A stretch of 64,000 bases of DNA from an uncultured delta proteobacterium. Its GTDB lineage: Bacteria > Myxococcota_A > Polyangia > Polyangiales > Polyangiaceae. This document shows positions 47,394 through 58,210 of the stretch, piece by piece (position 1 is the first letter of the stretch; each line of letters begins with the position of its first letter). Location: positions 6,304,001 through 6,368,000 of the forward strand of contig CAWAIF010000003.1 of assembly GCA_963782055.1 (NCBI GenBank). Direction: 5' to 3'. The translations under genes and the position numbers were made by a program. The notes below the pieces were generated by a model that did no database searches, was not told where the DNA came from, and saw only the letters and a list, made by a program, of their open reading frames with translations.

Positions 47394-50300
47394 GGTCCGT
47401 GCTTGTCGAGCGAGGCGAGGCGGTCGACCCGAACTTGCCCGGCCTGCTCCACCACGAAGGCGTAGCTGCTGGCGCTGGCGATGGGAGCGGCGAGCAACCG
47501 CTCGGCACCCGACTTGTGCAGCGCCGTCACGTGCACGCGACCCTCCCCGTCGAGGTCCAGTCGGCCGGTGGCGAAGCCGTGCTTCTTGCTGCGCGCGAGG
47601 GTGACGAGGATCCCGCCGTCCCGGTCGAGCGTCAGCCAGTACTCGTCGTAGGCCCCGATGGCGGGGAACTCCGCCAGCTCCTCAATCCCCCCCCCGAAGG
47701 TGGCGCGAGACAGGCGGATCCGCGTGAACCAGCCGTCGCGCAGCTTGTCGACCACCCAGAGATGGTCGTCCGCGTAGGAGTAGGTCGCCGCCAGGATCTC
47801 GCCGTACGGCTTCACTGCGCCGAAGCACAGCGCGCAGCGCGTGCCGAGATCCGCTCGGGGGGTGATGTCCGACCAGACCCCATCGAGCGTGTGGAGCCAG
47901 ACGTCGTGCTGCAGTGCGCCGCCGGCGCGGCCACCCGCCAGCAGCACGCCGCCAAGCACCCGCGAGAACGCGGCGACGAAGTCGGTGCGGGCGCCGGGGC
48001 TCGCCCCGTCGCCACAGCCCGTCCCCGCCGTCGGGGAGCACGCCGGAGGCGGCGCCACGACGTCACCTCCGGAGAGCAGCCCGAGCACCTCCGTGCCATC
48101 GGTAGAGACGGCCGCCGCGTCGTACGCGGTCTGCCCGGCGCGGCTCACCTCGATCGCACCGAGCCAGGTCTTCATGGGGTCGAGCCCGATGCTGGCGACG
48201 GTGGAATCGAGCGGGTGTCCGGTGGACTGCGTGCACGGAAGCTCCGCCCCCGCGCCGTTGGGGAGGTTCGCGGTCGAGATGAAGGTGCCGTCGTCCTGCA
48301 GCGCTCCCATCGTGGAGAGGGCCGACGACGGCACCAGGACCTCGGTGTCCTCGCGCGACCGGATCTGGAAGTTGCCCGTGCCGGGCGGAAGAACGAGCCA
48401 GCCCTTGGGCACGAGCGCCTTGCCCGGTCCCCCGAGCCCGCTCTGACCGTTACCGGCGACGACGATCGGGCTGGGGATCGGGCACCAGCTGATGCCGGTC
48501 GACGCCTTGAGATCGATGTAGTTGTTCGCGACGTTGAGGCCGTGGAACCCGACCGTCACGCCGCCTGCCGTCTGATGGAGGCTGTCGCTGCCGACGTCGG
48601 TCGCGCCGTGCATCCAGAACACGCCGTCGAGGCAGCCCGGATCCGGGCTCCCGTTGACGAGGGTGCACACAGGGATGGCCGGCGCATTCGGGCTGGTCTG
48701 GAGCCAGTAGCCGAGGTCCGCCTGGAAGTCCCAGGTGGACGTGGACACCGTCGAACCGTACACCCAGTCTGGGAAGACGTGGTCGCGCGCGCCGCCGAAG
48801 GTGACCCGGTGCCATGGATGTTGTAGGTCGTTCTGTTCGGCGTCCGCAGTGCTCCAGAAGCTCAGCTGCGCATCCTGCACGACGGAAGGGTCCTTGCAGT
48901 TTGCCGAACCCAGCGATGTCCCCTGACAGTACCTTGCGGACGTCTGCCCCACGCCGACCAGCTCTGGAATGGCTGGCTGGGTTCCAGCCGGCAGCGGATT
49001 GACGGTCGTGCCGTTTGCCGGAAAGGAGGGCACTGTCTGCGTGGTGACGTCGTCGGTGATCCGCTGGCCGGTGCAGACCTTAGTGTCGGGCGGGTACGGC
49101 GACCCCTGTGGTACGCAGTTGGTCGTCGCGATGTGAGAGGTGCCGAAGGATCCCGGGCACGGTACCGGATCGCACCGGTCGCCCCAGACCTGGGTGGGCG
49201 AGTTTGCCTGCTCCGCGAGGTAGTTGCAGTCGACCTGCAGGGAGTTGGCGACGTTCGGGCAGTTGTCAGGATAACGATACTTCCCGTTGCGCGACGGATC
49301 CGAGCACTCCTGCTGGCACATCGAGCTCGCCGAGGGATCACACGCGCCGCACACGCCGTCGTGGTCCACGTCGTGGCTGCAAGGACAGTCGCGGCACGCG
49401 TCCCCTATGCCGTCGGGGAGGGACTCGGTCTGGTCCGGATTGTAGACGTACGGGCAGTCATCGTGGCTGTCGATCCAGTGATCGCAGTCCTGGTCGTCCG
49501 GCTCGCACGCGCCGATGTAGTCGACCTTCCCGCGCCAGAACGTGCCGTCGAGGAAACCATGACGCAGCCGCCATGCCGTCCCATGCGGCTTGAGCACGCC
49601 CACGGGGGTGTCATCCTCCATGTTCTGGATGATCCAGTCGTGCGGGGACTGGCCGCCGGTGTACGTGATGTCGGTGAAGAAGGTGGGGTTGCCCGTGAAC
49701 GGGATCCCGTGCGTCACGCCGAGGACGTTCCGGAAGTAGTTCCCGCTCCCGTCGGGCGCCGGTAGGCGCACGAACAGGGGCCCACCGGAGTCACCGGGCT
49801 GTGACGACCAGTCGCCGTTGAGCGGCGACCAGTACCGATTCTGATTCGAGTCGATAGTGGGATCCAGCAGGATGGGATTCGTCGGGCCCCCGACCGTTCG
49901 AACCGACGTGCTGCTGAACCCTGCCATGCCGATGGGATAGGCAAACCTCACGACATCGGAGTTCTGCAGTGGCGTTCCCGGAGGAAAGGACAGCGTGGGC
50001 TGGTAGGCGTAGGCGTCCTTCAGCTCATACCCGAGCAGGGGCCCGCTCGGGTTGCAAGACAAGGTGTTGAGGGTTGGGTTGTTCGGCGCGGGCGCGCGGG
50101 ACGGGCACATGTAGATGAGCGCTACGTCGCTGCCCTTCTCCCCCTCGGGATGGTCCGGATGATCCTCGATCGTCCGCGTCTCTCGCGCCGCGTACCGAAA
50201 CTGCAGTATTCCGGATTGGTCGTAGACGCCGATCGCCCATTGCTGCCGGTTTGCGGCGCCCTTGTAGTCGTCGCCGAGGATGCAATGGAGCGCGGTGACC

Positions 50301-50508
50301 ACGACCGACGGGCTGATGAGCGTCCCCGAGCAGGTCGTGTTGTCGCTCGCGACGAGCTTCACGACGGTGTTGGCCTCCGGGTTGACTGCGTCAACGCTCG
50401 CGCCGGTGCCTGTCACGGCTTGCTGTGAAACGTCGACGGGGTCACCGTCAACGCGCAAGCCGGTCCCAGAGCGACCACGCTCGCCAGCAGAATGTGCCGA
50501 ATGCCCAT
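47369..50508 (-). pseudogene. Trypsin-like serine protease with thrombospondin type-3-like repeats; signal peptide out of frame
   Basis: CSGTLISPSVVVTALHC, SDVALI and GDSGGPLF form the triad; DDCPYVYNPDQ / DNCPNVAN repeats. The lipoprotein leader MGIRHILLASVVALGPAC (ATG 50508) is in a different frame from the body. Confidence 0.7.
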
Positions 50509-50634
50509 GTGCCACCCCTTTCCACAGATGACACCAATCGCATACTTGCCGACTGGTGCCAAGGGTCGGCGCCCTGTCTCTCCGCGGCAGCGCGTACTAC
50601 AGTAGCGCTTCTTCAGGGACGACATCCTACTTGT

Positions 50635-50935
50635 AGGTGGTGGCAGCCCTGCGACCCCACCGTTCCCAGGCTCCCGCAAGAACCGTGTTCGTCCGATCTC
50701 CAGACCATCTGTCAGCAGTGGGCCGAGCAGGCAGCCGCGCCGGCGAGCGCCTACGGTGCGGCCACGTGCACCGTGGACGGCGTGACCGGGCAGACGGGCT
50801 GCGCGGAATCCCACGTGCGACAACGGGACGTGCGGCCGCGGTCCGAACCAGAGCCCATGCCTGGGCGGGCAGGTCTGCGCGAGCGACACGCCGAACGGTC
50901 CCCTCCACTGCGTGACCGCCTGCAAGGGGCTCTAG
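50635..50935 (+). pseudogene. Truncated, frameshifted Cys-rich gene paralogous to the next gene
   Basis: PC...CSSDLQTICQQWAEQAAAPASAYGAATC...GCAES, then in the +1 frame TCDNGTCGRGPNQSPCLGGQVCASDTPNGPLHCVTACKGL*. No start or leader was found. Confidence 0.6.
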
Positions 50936-50937
50936 CG

Positions 50938-51369
50938 GTGCGGCAGTTTCACCTGGCCACCTCCCTGCTCGCGCTCGCCGTCGCGGATGACGACGGCGGC
51001 ACGTCGAGCAGCGTCGGCGGGGGCGCAGACGGTACCTCCGGCGACGGCGCGCCGGCCGACGAGGCGGGCGTGCCGCCCTTCCTCGACGCCTCATGGGACA
51101 GCCCCTGCTACACGGTCAACTATTCCTTCGGCGACGGCAAGTGCTCCCCGGAGCGTGACGCCATCTGCGAGGCCAAGGCGATGCGCGCGGCGGTCGACGC
51201 GTACGCCCACGCCCGCTGCCTGAACGGCTTCTGCACCCGCGGCGACTACTGCTACGGCGATCCGGTGACGTGCGCGTGCTCGCCCAAGGTCATCTGCGCG
51301 GCCGGCTACGTCTGCTACAGCTTCACCCCCGACGGGGGCGCGCACTGCAAGGTAGAGTGCACGCCCTGA
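50938..51369 (+). CDS. Small secreted Cys-rich protein
   Basis: GTG start 2 nt after the upstream TAG; short hydrophobic leader; Cys-rich body ending GYVCYSFTPDGGAHCKVECTP. Confidence 0.65.
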   Translation: MRQFHLATSLLALAVADDDGGTSSSVGGGADGTSGDGAPADEAGVPPFLDASWDSPCYTVNYSFGDGKCSPERDAICEAKAMRAAVDAYAHARCLNGFCTRGDYCYGDPVTCACSPKVICAAGYVCYSFTPDGGAHCKVECTP

Positions 51370-51402
51370 GCGGCGTGGTGAGAGATCGCCGCTGGCTCTA
51401 GC

Positions 51403-53994
51403 TCACTCCTCCGGCGGCGGCGCCGCGGTCGCGTCGGGCGCGCCGCCATCCGCGGTCACGCCCGCGTCGTCCGCCGGGACGTCCGCGGTCTCGGTCGGCT
51501 CGGTCCCCTCCAGGAACACCTCGTCCATCGTGTCGTCGTCGCCGTCGTAGGGGAGCTTCCCCGTCTTCCTGTCGATCTTCACGGTGACCACGCCCGGCGG
51601 GCGCGGGAAGTCCGACGGCGGCTTGCCGGCCTCCGCCGCCTTCATGAAGGCGATCCACGCCGGCAGCGCCGCCGAGGCGCCCGTCTCCCCGCGGCCCAGG
51701 GACTTGCCGTCGTCGTAGCCGACCCAGGTCACCGTCGCGATGTCGGTGGAGTACCCGGCGAACCACGCGTCCTTCGACTGGTTGCTCGTGCCTGTCTTGC
51801 CCGCGAGGGGCCGGCCGAGCATGCGCGCGCGCGCGCCCGTGCCGTGATCGATGACGCTCGTCAGCATGCTGGTGGTCACGTACGCCTCGGCGTCGTCCAG
51901 CACGCGGCGCGGCGGCGGCGGCGGCGCGAGGTCGAGCGCCTTGCCGTCGGGGCCGACGATGCTCTGGATGAGCTTCGGCCGCTCGTAGACGCCGCCCGCG
52001 GCGAAGGTGACGTACGCGCCAGCGAGCTCCAGCGGCTTGACCTCGTAGCTCCCCAGCGCCAGCGAGAGGTCCGGCTTCATCGTCGACTCGATGCCGAGCG
52101 ACTGCGCCCACGAGACGACGTTGGCCGGCCCGACGTCCAGCAGCACGCGCACCGCCACGACGTTCACCGACTGCGCGAGCGCCTCGCGCAGCCGCATGAA
52201 GTCGGTGCCGGCGTAGCCCTCGTAGTTGGTCGGGTGGTAGCCGCCGGGGAAGAAGTCGGAGCGCGGGTCGACCAGGCTCGCCGGCGTGAAGCGCCGCGCG
52301 TGCAGCGCGTAGGAGTAGACGATGGGCTTGAAGGTGGAGCCCGGCTGGCGGCGCGCCTGCGTGGCGCGGTCCAGGCCGCCGGTCGCGCCCTCGTAGCTAC
52401 CCACCAGCGCGAGCACCTCCCGCGAGCGCGCGTCGATGGCGACGAGCGCGCCCTCCGGGCCGGACTCCAGGCGCAGCGGCACGCGGGACTGCGCCGGGGC
52501 GCCCGCGTCCGCGCCGGCGGCGGCGTCGGGCGGCGGCGCGAGCAGGCTGACGCGCACCAGCGCCCCCGGCGGCGCGAACTGCGACGCCGGGAGCTTGCCC
52601 GGGTCGTAGCGCGCGAAGTCGCCGAGCCTCACCGTGCCGGTGACCGTCCCCGCCCGCACGTCGAAGGTGTTCTTGGCGTCGTCGTCGGCGACGACCTCCC
52701 CCAGCAGCACCTTGTGCCGCTCGAAGGCGGGCGTGCCCTCGAAGGGCTTGTCGTGCGGGGGCGCCCTGTGGATGACGCGGCCCTTCCTGTCGAGCTTGGG
52801 CCCGGCGGGGGGCTTCATCGCGCCGATGAGCTTGTGGCGCTTGTCGTAGGTGTCGAGCGCGCCGCGCAGCGCCTTGCGCGCGGCCTCCTGGAGCTTGGGG
52901 TCGATGGTGGTGGTGACGACGAAGCCCCCGCGCGCGGCCTGCTCCGGCGCCAGCTCGCGCAGCGTGCGCTTGGCGATCTCCACCACCTCCGGCGCGAGGC
53001 CTTGCTCCGCCGACTCGGGGGAGGCCAGGTGCACCGGCTCGTCCTTCGCCGCGGCGTACTGCGCGTCGTCGAGGAAGCCCTTCTCGTGCATCTGCCCGAG
53101 GACGTAGGCGCGCCGCGAGAGCGCCCTGTCCATGTGCTTGTGCGGGTTGAAGGACTCCGGCCCGGCGATCGTCCCGGCGAGCAGCGCCGCCTCGGCGATG
53201 GTCAGGTCCTTGGCCGACTTGTCGAAGGTGCCGCGCGCCGCCTCCTCGATGCCGTAGGCGCCGTCGCCGAAGTAGATGTGGTTCAGGTACAGCTCCAGGA
53301 TCTCGTCCTTGGAGAGCTCCTGCTCCAGGCGGCGCGCGAGGAGCGCCTCGCGGATCTTGCGGCGGAAGGTCTTCTGCGGGTCGAGCAGCAGGTTCTTGAC
53401 CACCTGCTGCGTGATGGTGGACCCGCCCTGCGTGAAGTGCCCGGTGCGCAGGTTGACGATCATGGCGCGCGCGATGCCCCAGTAGTTGAGGCCCTCGTGC
53501 TCGTAGAAGCCGGCGTCCTCTGCGGCGAGCACCGCGAGCTTCACGTGCGCCGGCAGCGAGGCGATGGGCACCACGGTGCGGCGCTGGGTGTAGAGCTCGG
53601 CCAGGAGGGTGGTGCCGTCGCGCGCGTAGACGCGCGTCACCTGCGGGGGGTGGTAGTTGCCCTTGAGGTCGGCGACCGACGGCAGGTCCTGCTCGTAGTG
53701 GCGCACCGCGAGCGCGAGGGCGATGAAGCCGACGACGGCGAGCACGCCCGTCGCGATGAGGGCGCGGCGGGTCCACCTCCAGAGGGCGACGCGCACGCGC
53801 TGCCACCGCGTCCCGGCGAGGACCTCCCCCTCCTTCTTGCCGTCGCGCGAGGGGCGGTCCTTGCCCTCCAGCTTCTCCAGGAGGGTGGGCTCGCGCGCCT
53901 TGTTCTGACCCACGCCTCCGTCAACGCCCGAGGCGGAGCGCTTCGTCCCGTGATCCGCGCGAGGCGGCGGAGGGTCGGAGGTCGGCACCGCCAC
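51403..53994 (-). CDS. mrcA: Class A penicillin-binding protein 1A
   Basis: AAEDAGFYEHEG, GGSTITQQVVKN, RQPGSTFKP (SxxK), SVN and KTGT motifs. Confidence 0.9.
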   Translation of the reverse strand: MAVPTSDPPPPRADHGTKRSASGVDGGVGQNKAREPTLLEKLEGKDRPSRDGKKEGEVLAGTRWQRVRVALWRWTRRALIATGVLAVVGFIALALAVRHYEQDLPSVADLKGNYHPPQVTRVYARDGTTLLAELYTQRRTVVPIASLPAHVKLAVLAAEDAGFYEHEGLNYWGIARAMIVNLRTGHFTQGGSTITQQVVKNLLLDPQKTFRRKIREALLARRLEQELSKDEILELYLNHIYFGDGAYGIEEAARGTFDKSAKDLTIAEAALLAGTIAGPESFNPHKHMDRALSRRAYVLGQMHEKGFLDDAQYAAAKDEPVHLASPESAEQGLAPEVVEIAKRTLRELAPEQAARGGFVVTTTIDPKLQEAARKALRGALDTYDKRHKLIGAMKPPAGPKLDRKGRVIHRAPPHDKPFEGTPAFERHKVLLGEVVADDDAKNTFDVRAGTVTGTVRLGDFARYDPGKLPASQFAPPGALVRVSLLAPPPDAAAGADAGAPAQSRVPLRLESGPEGALVAIDARSREVLALVGSYEGATGGLDRATQARRQPGSTFKPIVYSYALHARRFTPASLVDPRSDFFPGGYHPTNYEGYAGTDFMRLREALAQSVNVVAVRVLLDVGPANVVSWAQSLGIESTMKPDLSLALGSYEVKPLELAGAYVTFAAGGVYERPKLIQSIVGPDGKALDLAPPPPPRRVLDDAEAYVTTSMLTSVIDHGTGARARMLGRPLAGKTGTSNQSKDAWFAGYSTDIATVTWVGYDDGKSLGRGETGASAALPAWIAFMKAAEAGKPPSDFPRPPGVVTVKIDRKTGKLPYDGDDDTMDEVFLEGTEPTETADVPADDAGVTADGGAPDATAAPPPEE

Positions 53995-54031
53995 GGTTTA
54001 GCGAGAACCGAGGCGCCGCGCCACTTTGCGG

Positions 54032-55186
54032 TCAGTTGGGGGGTGGTGTCGGCACGGCGGAGGCGGAGAAGACGAGCGTCCCGCCGAGGGCGGTGGTGGT
54101 GTCGATGGTCGCGTTGTCCCCCTCGTAGGCCCACTGGCTGGACTGGTCGACCTGGAAGCGCTGGATGACGTCGGGCGGGGAGAAGTTGTGCGAGGTGGAG
54201 AAGAGCTCCTTGCCGTCCGGGCTGAGCGCGACGGAGATGGGGTTGGTCCCGCTCATCGTCTGCTTCAGGGAGAGGTCGTCGTTGGAGTCGAGCGCCAGCG
54301 CGAAGACCTTGTTGGACTGGATGTCGCTGACGTAGAGCGTGCCGCTCTTCTGGTCCATCACCATCAGGTGGGGGCGGCTCGCCCCGGCGACGGGGAAGCC
54401 GCTCAGCTCGTTGCCTCCGGGCAGGGCGAACTCGCGAATGGTGCCGCTGAACTGCTGCGTGGCGTAGAGCCGCTTGCCGTCCTTGGAGACGGCGACGCCG
54501 ATCATGTTGCCCAGGCCGGTGATCGCGCCGCTCTTGGTCATCTTGCCCTGCGAGTCGAGGGTGAAGCGGGTGATCTCGTTGCCGTCGCGGGCGACGAAGA
54601 GCTCCTTCTCGTCGTGGCTGAAGGCGAGCTGCATCACCGCGCCGGCGGCGTCGTTCATCAGGGTCTCGCCGTTGGAGGTGAAGCTCTCGGTCTTCGCGTC
54701 GTAGAGGAAGCGCGAGATGCTGCCGGTGGTCATGCCGCGACGGTTGCCGACGAAGACCTCCGCGGAGGTCTGGCGGAAGGCGAGGCCGATCGGGTCGGCG
54801 ACGTCGGTCTTGGGGATCGCCGTCGCCTTGGTGGCGGGCTGGAGATCGTCCGGGACATCGTAGCGGAGGACGCCACCCCAGGTGTTGGCGGGCGCGGCGC
54901 CGGCGGGCGTCTCGGTGACGAGGATGAAGAAGCGGGGGGAGGGCGGGCCGGCGTCGGGCGGCGCGGCGTCCAGGAAGGAGACGACGTCGGCGCCGGCGTC
55001 GGCGGGCGGAGCCGCGTCGGTCGTGACGCCGTCGTCTGCCGCATCGCCGGCGTCGGTGCACCCGAAGCTGCCCGGCCGGCACCCGATATCGGCCGTGCCC
55101 GAGCACCCGGTGAGCAGCGCCGCTCCGCTGGCGAGCCCGACCGCCGCCACCGCACCCCAAGTCAACCAGGTCATCGATGCCATCAC
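54032..55186 (-). CDS. Beta-propeller lipoprotein (lactonase/YncE-like)
   Basis: LLTGC lipobox; repeats AFSHDEKELFV, AVSKDGKRLYA and ALSPDGKELFS. Confidence 0.75.
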   Translation of the reverse strand: MMASMTWLTWGAVAAVGLASGAALLTGCSGTADIGCRPGSFGCTDAGDAADDGVTTDAAPPADAGADVVSFLDAAPPDAGPPSPRFFILVTETPAGAAPANTWGGVLRYDVPDDLQPATKATAIPKTDVADPIGLAFRQTSAEVFVGNRRGMTTGSISRFLYDAKTESFTSNGETLMNDAAGAVMQLAFSHDEKELFVARDGNEITRFTLDSQGKMTKSGAITGLGNMIGVAVSKDGKRLYATQQFSGTIREFALPGGNELSGFPVAGASRPHLMVMDQKSGTLYVSDIQSNKVFALALDSNDDLSLKQTMSGTNPISVALSPDGKELFSTSHNFSPPDVIQRFQVDQSSQWAYEGDNATIDTTTALGGTLVFSASAVPTPPPN

Positions 55187-55237
55187 CGCCTCCGTCCCCC
55201 TTCATGTCCGGGGGCGCCCGGCTTTATGACCCGTCAT

Positions 55238-55915
55238 TCATTTCGCGCCGGCGGCGGTCGCCGCGCGACGCAGCTCGGCGCGCTCGGGGGCGAGCTGGCT
55301 GTCGGGGAACTCCCGCGCGTGCTCGCGCACGAGGTCGAGGGCGTGCTGCGGGTCGGTGGCGAGGCTGCGGCGCGCCTGGAGCAGCAGCAGGCCATCGCGC
55401 GGGGACGGAGCGCGAGTCGAAGCCCGCGCGGCGAGCGGCGCCGAAGCCGCGGGTGGCGGCGGCGCGACGCGGGGCGTTGCCTTCAGGACGGGGCTGACCA
55501 CGCCCTGCGCCGCGACGCCGGACGCAGACGGCGCGGGCGCGTCCGCGGCGAGCGGCGCGAGGTTGGAGGGGACGACGGCGGCGGTCGCCGCAGGGGGCGC
55601 GACGTCGCGAGGCGCGTCGACCACGGGCTGGGGGACCTGCGCGCCGGGCCCGCGGGTGAGCTGGTAGCCCGCGGCGGCGAGGGCGGCGCCGAGCAGGAGC
55701 GCGGCGGCGACCTTGGTGCTCGTCGCGGCGAACAGGCCCTTGAGCCCACCCACCGCCGGCGCGGCGACGAGGCCGCCCGCCGCGAGCACTCCGGCGACCT
55801 CCAGGCCGCGACGGACGCGATCGACCGCCTCGTCGTCCAGGACGTCGCCTTCGGCGGAGGCGAGGAGCTTCGCCAGCTCGTCGTCGCCCGACGCGAGACG
55901 CTGCGGGTCCCTCAT
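55238..55915 (-). CDS. Putative anti-sigma factor (single TM, Pro-rich linker, TPR-like tail)
   Basis: ATGA overlap with the ECF sigma; tail LLQARRSL...HAREFPDSQLAPER. Confidence 0.7.
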   Translation of the reverse strand: MRDPQRLASGDDELAKLLASAEGDVLDDEAVDRVRRGLEVAGVLAAGGLVAAPAVGGLKGLFAATSTKVAAALLLGAALAAAGYQLTRGPGAQVPQPVVDAPRDVAPPAATAAVVPSNLAPLAADAPAPSASGVAAQGVVSPVLKATPRVAPPPPAASAPLAARASTRAPSPRDGLLLLQARRSLATDPQHALDLVREHAREFPDSQLAPERAELRRAATAAGAK

Positions 55916-56463
55916 GGCGCCACCGCCCTCGTGAGCGACTGCCGGACGCGCCCCCGCGCCGCGTGCAGGCGGGAGTATGCGGTCTGCAAGGGACACCCGA
56001 CCGCCGCCGCCACCTCCGTCATGGCCAGCTCCTCGATCTCGTAGAGCACGAAGACCACGCGCTGCTCCTCGCTGAGGCGGGAGAGCGCCTGGAGGAGCCG
56101 CTCGCGCAGCTGCGTGCGCTCGGCAGTGGCGTGCTGCGTGGCGGGGGCGGGCATGTCGGCCGGCACCTCGCCCGCCTCGTGCCGCCGGCGCGCCGTGCGC
56201 TTGGCGTTCCGCGCGACGTGCACGCAGATCTGCCGGATCCACGAGCGCGCGCCCTCCGGCACGGCGAGATCTCCGAGGCGCCGGTGGACGACCAGGAAGA
56301 CCTCCTGGCAGGCGTCGTCCAGGTCCGCGGGGGCGACGCCCAGGTACCGCAGCGTCCGGCCGACGTAGCGCACGTGCTCGGCGAAGAGGCGCTCGAAGGA
56401 GACGGCGGCCGGGCGCACGGGCGCGCGGACGCCATACTCGGGCACGAGCGCTGCGGTGGCCAT
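55912..56463 (-). CDS. ECF RNA polymerase sigma-70 factor
   Basis: DDACQEVFLVV, RSWIRQI and RVVFVLYEIEEL...TAYSRLHAAR. Confidence 0.9.
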   Translation of the reverse strand: MATAALVPEYGVRAPVRPAAVSFERLFAEHVRYVGRTLRYLGVAPADLDDACQEVFLVVHRRLGDLAVPEGARSWIRQICVHVARNAKRTARRRHEAGEVPADMPAPATQHATAERTQLRERLLQALSRLSEEQRVVFVLYEIEELAMTEVAAAVGCPLQTAYSRLHAARGRVRQSLTRAVAP

Positions 56464-56516
56464 ACCGTGCGCATGTCCGCCCGGCGGCGGGATTATGAAG
56501 CCGTCGCGCGAGGCGG

Positions 56517-57518
56517 TCACGAGTCCTCCCGGGCACCGAGACCGAAGGTCAGCACGGGGACGACCGGGGCGGCGCGAAAGAGGGTGGACGCGGCCCCGCC
56601 ATCGCCGCGGTAGACGTACTCCGGCACGCCGAGCAGCGCGCGTGCGGCCACGCGGACGGTGACCCACACCGGACCGCCCACGCGGAAGGCGAGCGCCAGC
56701 TCCGGCCCGGCGAAGGCGACGGGCAGCTCGGTGGCGCGGGTGTCCACGAGGCCCTGCGGGGCGGCCTCGGTCGCGCCGCCTCCGGCGACGACGCACGCCT
56801 CCACCCGCAGGGCGTGGCGAAGGACGGGGGAGAAGCAGCCGCCGGCCTCGCCGGTGAAGGCCCAGATCCGCGCGCCGACGGCGCCGTCGGCCGCCTGCGC
56901 GGGGAGCCACGCGTCGAACGCGACGGCGACGGACCAGCGCCCGAGGTCGATGACGCCGCGCGCGTAGGCGCCGGCGGACGGGCGCGGCAGGAGGCCCGGC
57001 GCCGCGCCGAAGCCCGCTTCGCCGCCGAATGTGGCGTGGAACGCGCGGGGCGGCGCGGCCGGAAGGCGCAGCGGGGTGGGCTTCGGCGCCGGGCTCGGCG
57101 CGGGTGCGGGCGGCAGGTGCGGACCGGCAGCGGGCTCCTGCACGTCGTCCACCATCAACGCCACGACGACGGCGGCGGCGTCGTCCAGGCGATCGCAGGT
57201 GGCGGTGTCGGTGGTGATGCGCCGCGCGGCGAGGGTGTCTCCGCTCGCCGACACCGTCCGGATGACGGCGCGAAAGCCGCCGCCGGGATCGGCGCCGATC
57301 GTCGCCTCCACCGTCGCCGCGGGCCGGTCGGAACCGTGGAAAACCGGGCGACCGAGCGTGTGCTCCACGGTCGAGGCGAGCGTCGGGCCGTCGATGCACC
57401 CGTCGGCGGTGTGCCAGCGCAGCGCGACGTGATGCGCGGGCTCCGCATGTGCGGCGCCGCCCCACGCCAGCGAGCAGGCGACGAGCACCGCGCAGGGAAG
57501 AGCATGGCCAGGCCGCAC
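56517..57518 (-). CDS. Secreted/outer-membrane protein associated with the ECF module
   Basis: Signal peptide ending AHA, a Cys pair, a Pro linker and a Gly-rich beta-strand C-terminal half. Confidence 0.7.
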   Translation of the reverse strand: MRPGHALPCAVLVACSLAWGGAAHAEPAHHVALRWHTADGCIDGPTLASTVEHTLGRPVFHGSDRPAATVEATIGADPGGGFRAVIRTVSASGDTLAARRITTDTATCDRLDDAAAVVVALMVDDVQEPAAGPHLPPAPAPSPAPKPTPLRLPAAPPRAFHATFGGEAGFGAAPGLLPRPSAGAYARGVIDLGRWSVAVAFDAWLPAQAADGAVGARIWAFTGEAGGCFSPVLRHALRVEACVVAGGGATEAAPQGLVDTRATELPVAFAGPELALAFRVGGPVWVTVRVAARALLGVPEYVYRGDGGAASTLFRAAPVVPVLTFGLGAREDS

Positions 57519-57522
57519 CCCG

Positions 57523-58068
57523 TCACTCCCTCCGGACACAGAAGGTGCCGCTCGCGGTGGTCATGCCGTAGTAGCCCGCCACCGTTCCGCCGGCGTCGGG
57601 CCAGGTCTCCAGGTGGACGGTGCCGAGGTCGAACCTGGTGCCTCCGTCATCGCCGGTCAGCCGGGCGTCGCCGGAGTAGGTCCCGGCGCCGTACGTGGTC
57701 GTGGGCTCGGTCCGGAGCACGACGCTCGCGTCGCCGCTGCACGCGACCACCTCCATGCACGGCGCGAACCAGTCCTCCCCACCGCAGTGGATGAAGCGCG
57801 CGAGCGGCGCTGACGCATCCCCGCAGCCAGCGTCGTAGACGCGAGGGCCCACGTCCACATGGTAGTCGCCGTCCACGCAGGGGACGCCGGAGTCGATGAC
57901 GGGGGTCGCCCTGGGCACGGTGGCCGCGTCCGGCACACCCGGCGCCGACGCATCCGGCGCCGACGCGTCGGGCGGCAGGACGGCCTGGACGCCGGCGGCA
58001 GTCCCACACGCCGCGGCCGCCAGAGGCAGCACCGGGAGAACGCACGCGAGACGGATCCGGAGCCCCAT
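57523..58068 (-). CDS. Hypothetical lipoprotein
   Basis: LAAAAC lipobox; PDASA repeats. Confidence 0.65.
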   Translation of the reverse strand: MGLRIRLACVLPVLPLAAAACGTAAGVQAVLPPDASAPDASAPGVPDAATVPRATPVIDSGVPCVDGDYHVDVGPRVYDAGCGDASAPLARFIHCGGEDWFAPCMEVVACSGDASVVLRTEPTTTYGAGTYSGDARLTGDDGGTRFDLGTVHLETWPDAGGTVAGYYGMTTASGTFCVRRE

Positions 58069-58210
58069 ACCTGCACGATGCGCGTGCCGCGCGCGCCTGG
58101 CCCGTTACATCGGATTACGCCCCCCGGCCCCCCCTGCTGATCGCGGCGCTCAGCGGCCGCGCCCACCGCCCCCCCCTGTCCCGGGACACCCCCCCAGGCC
58201 ACCCATGCCA

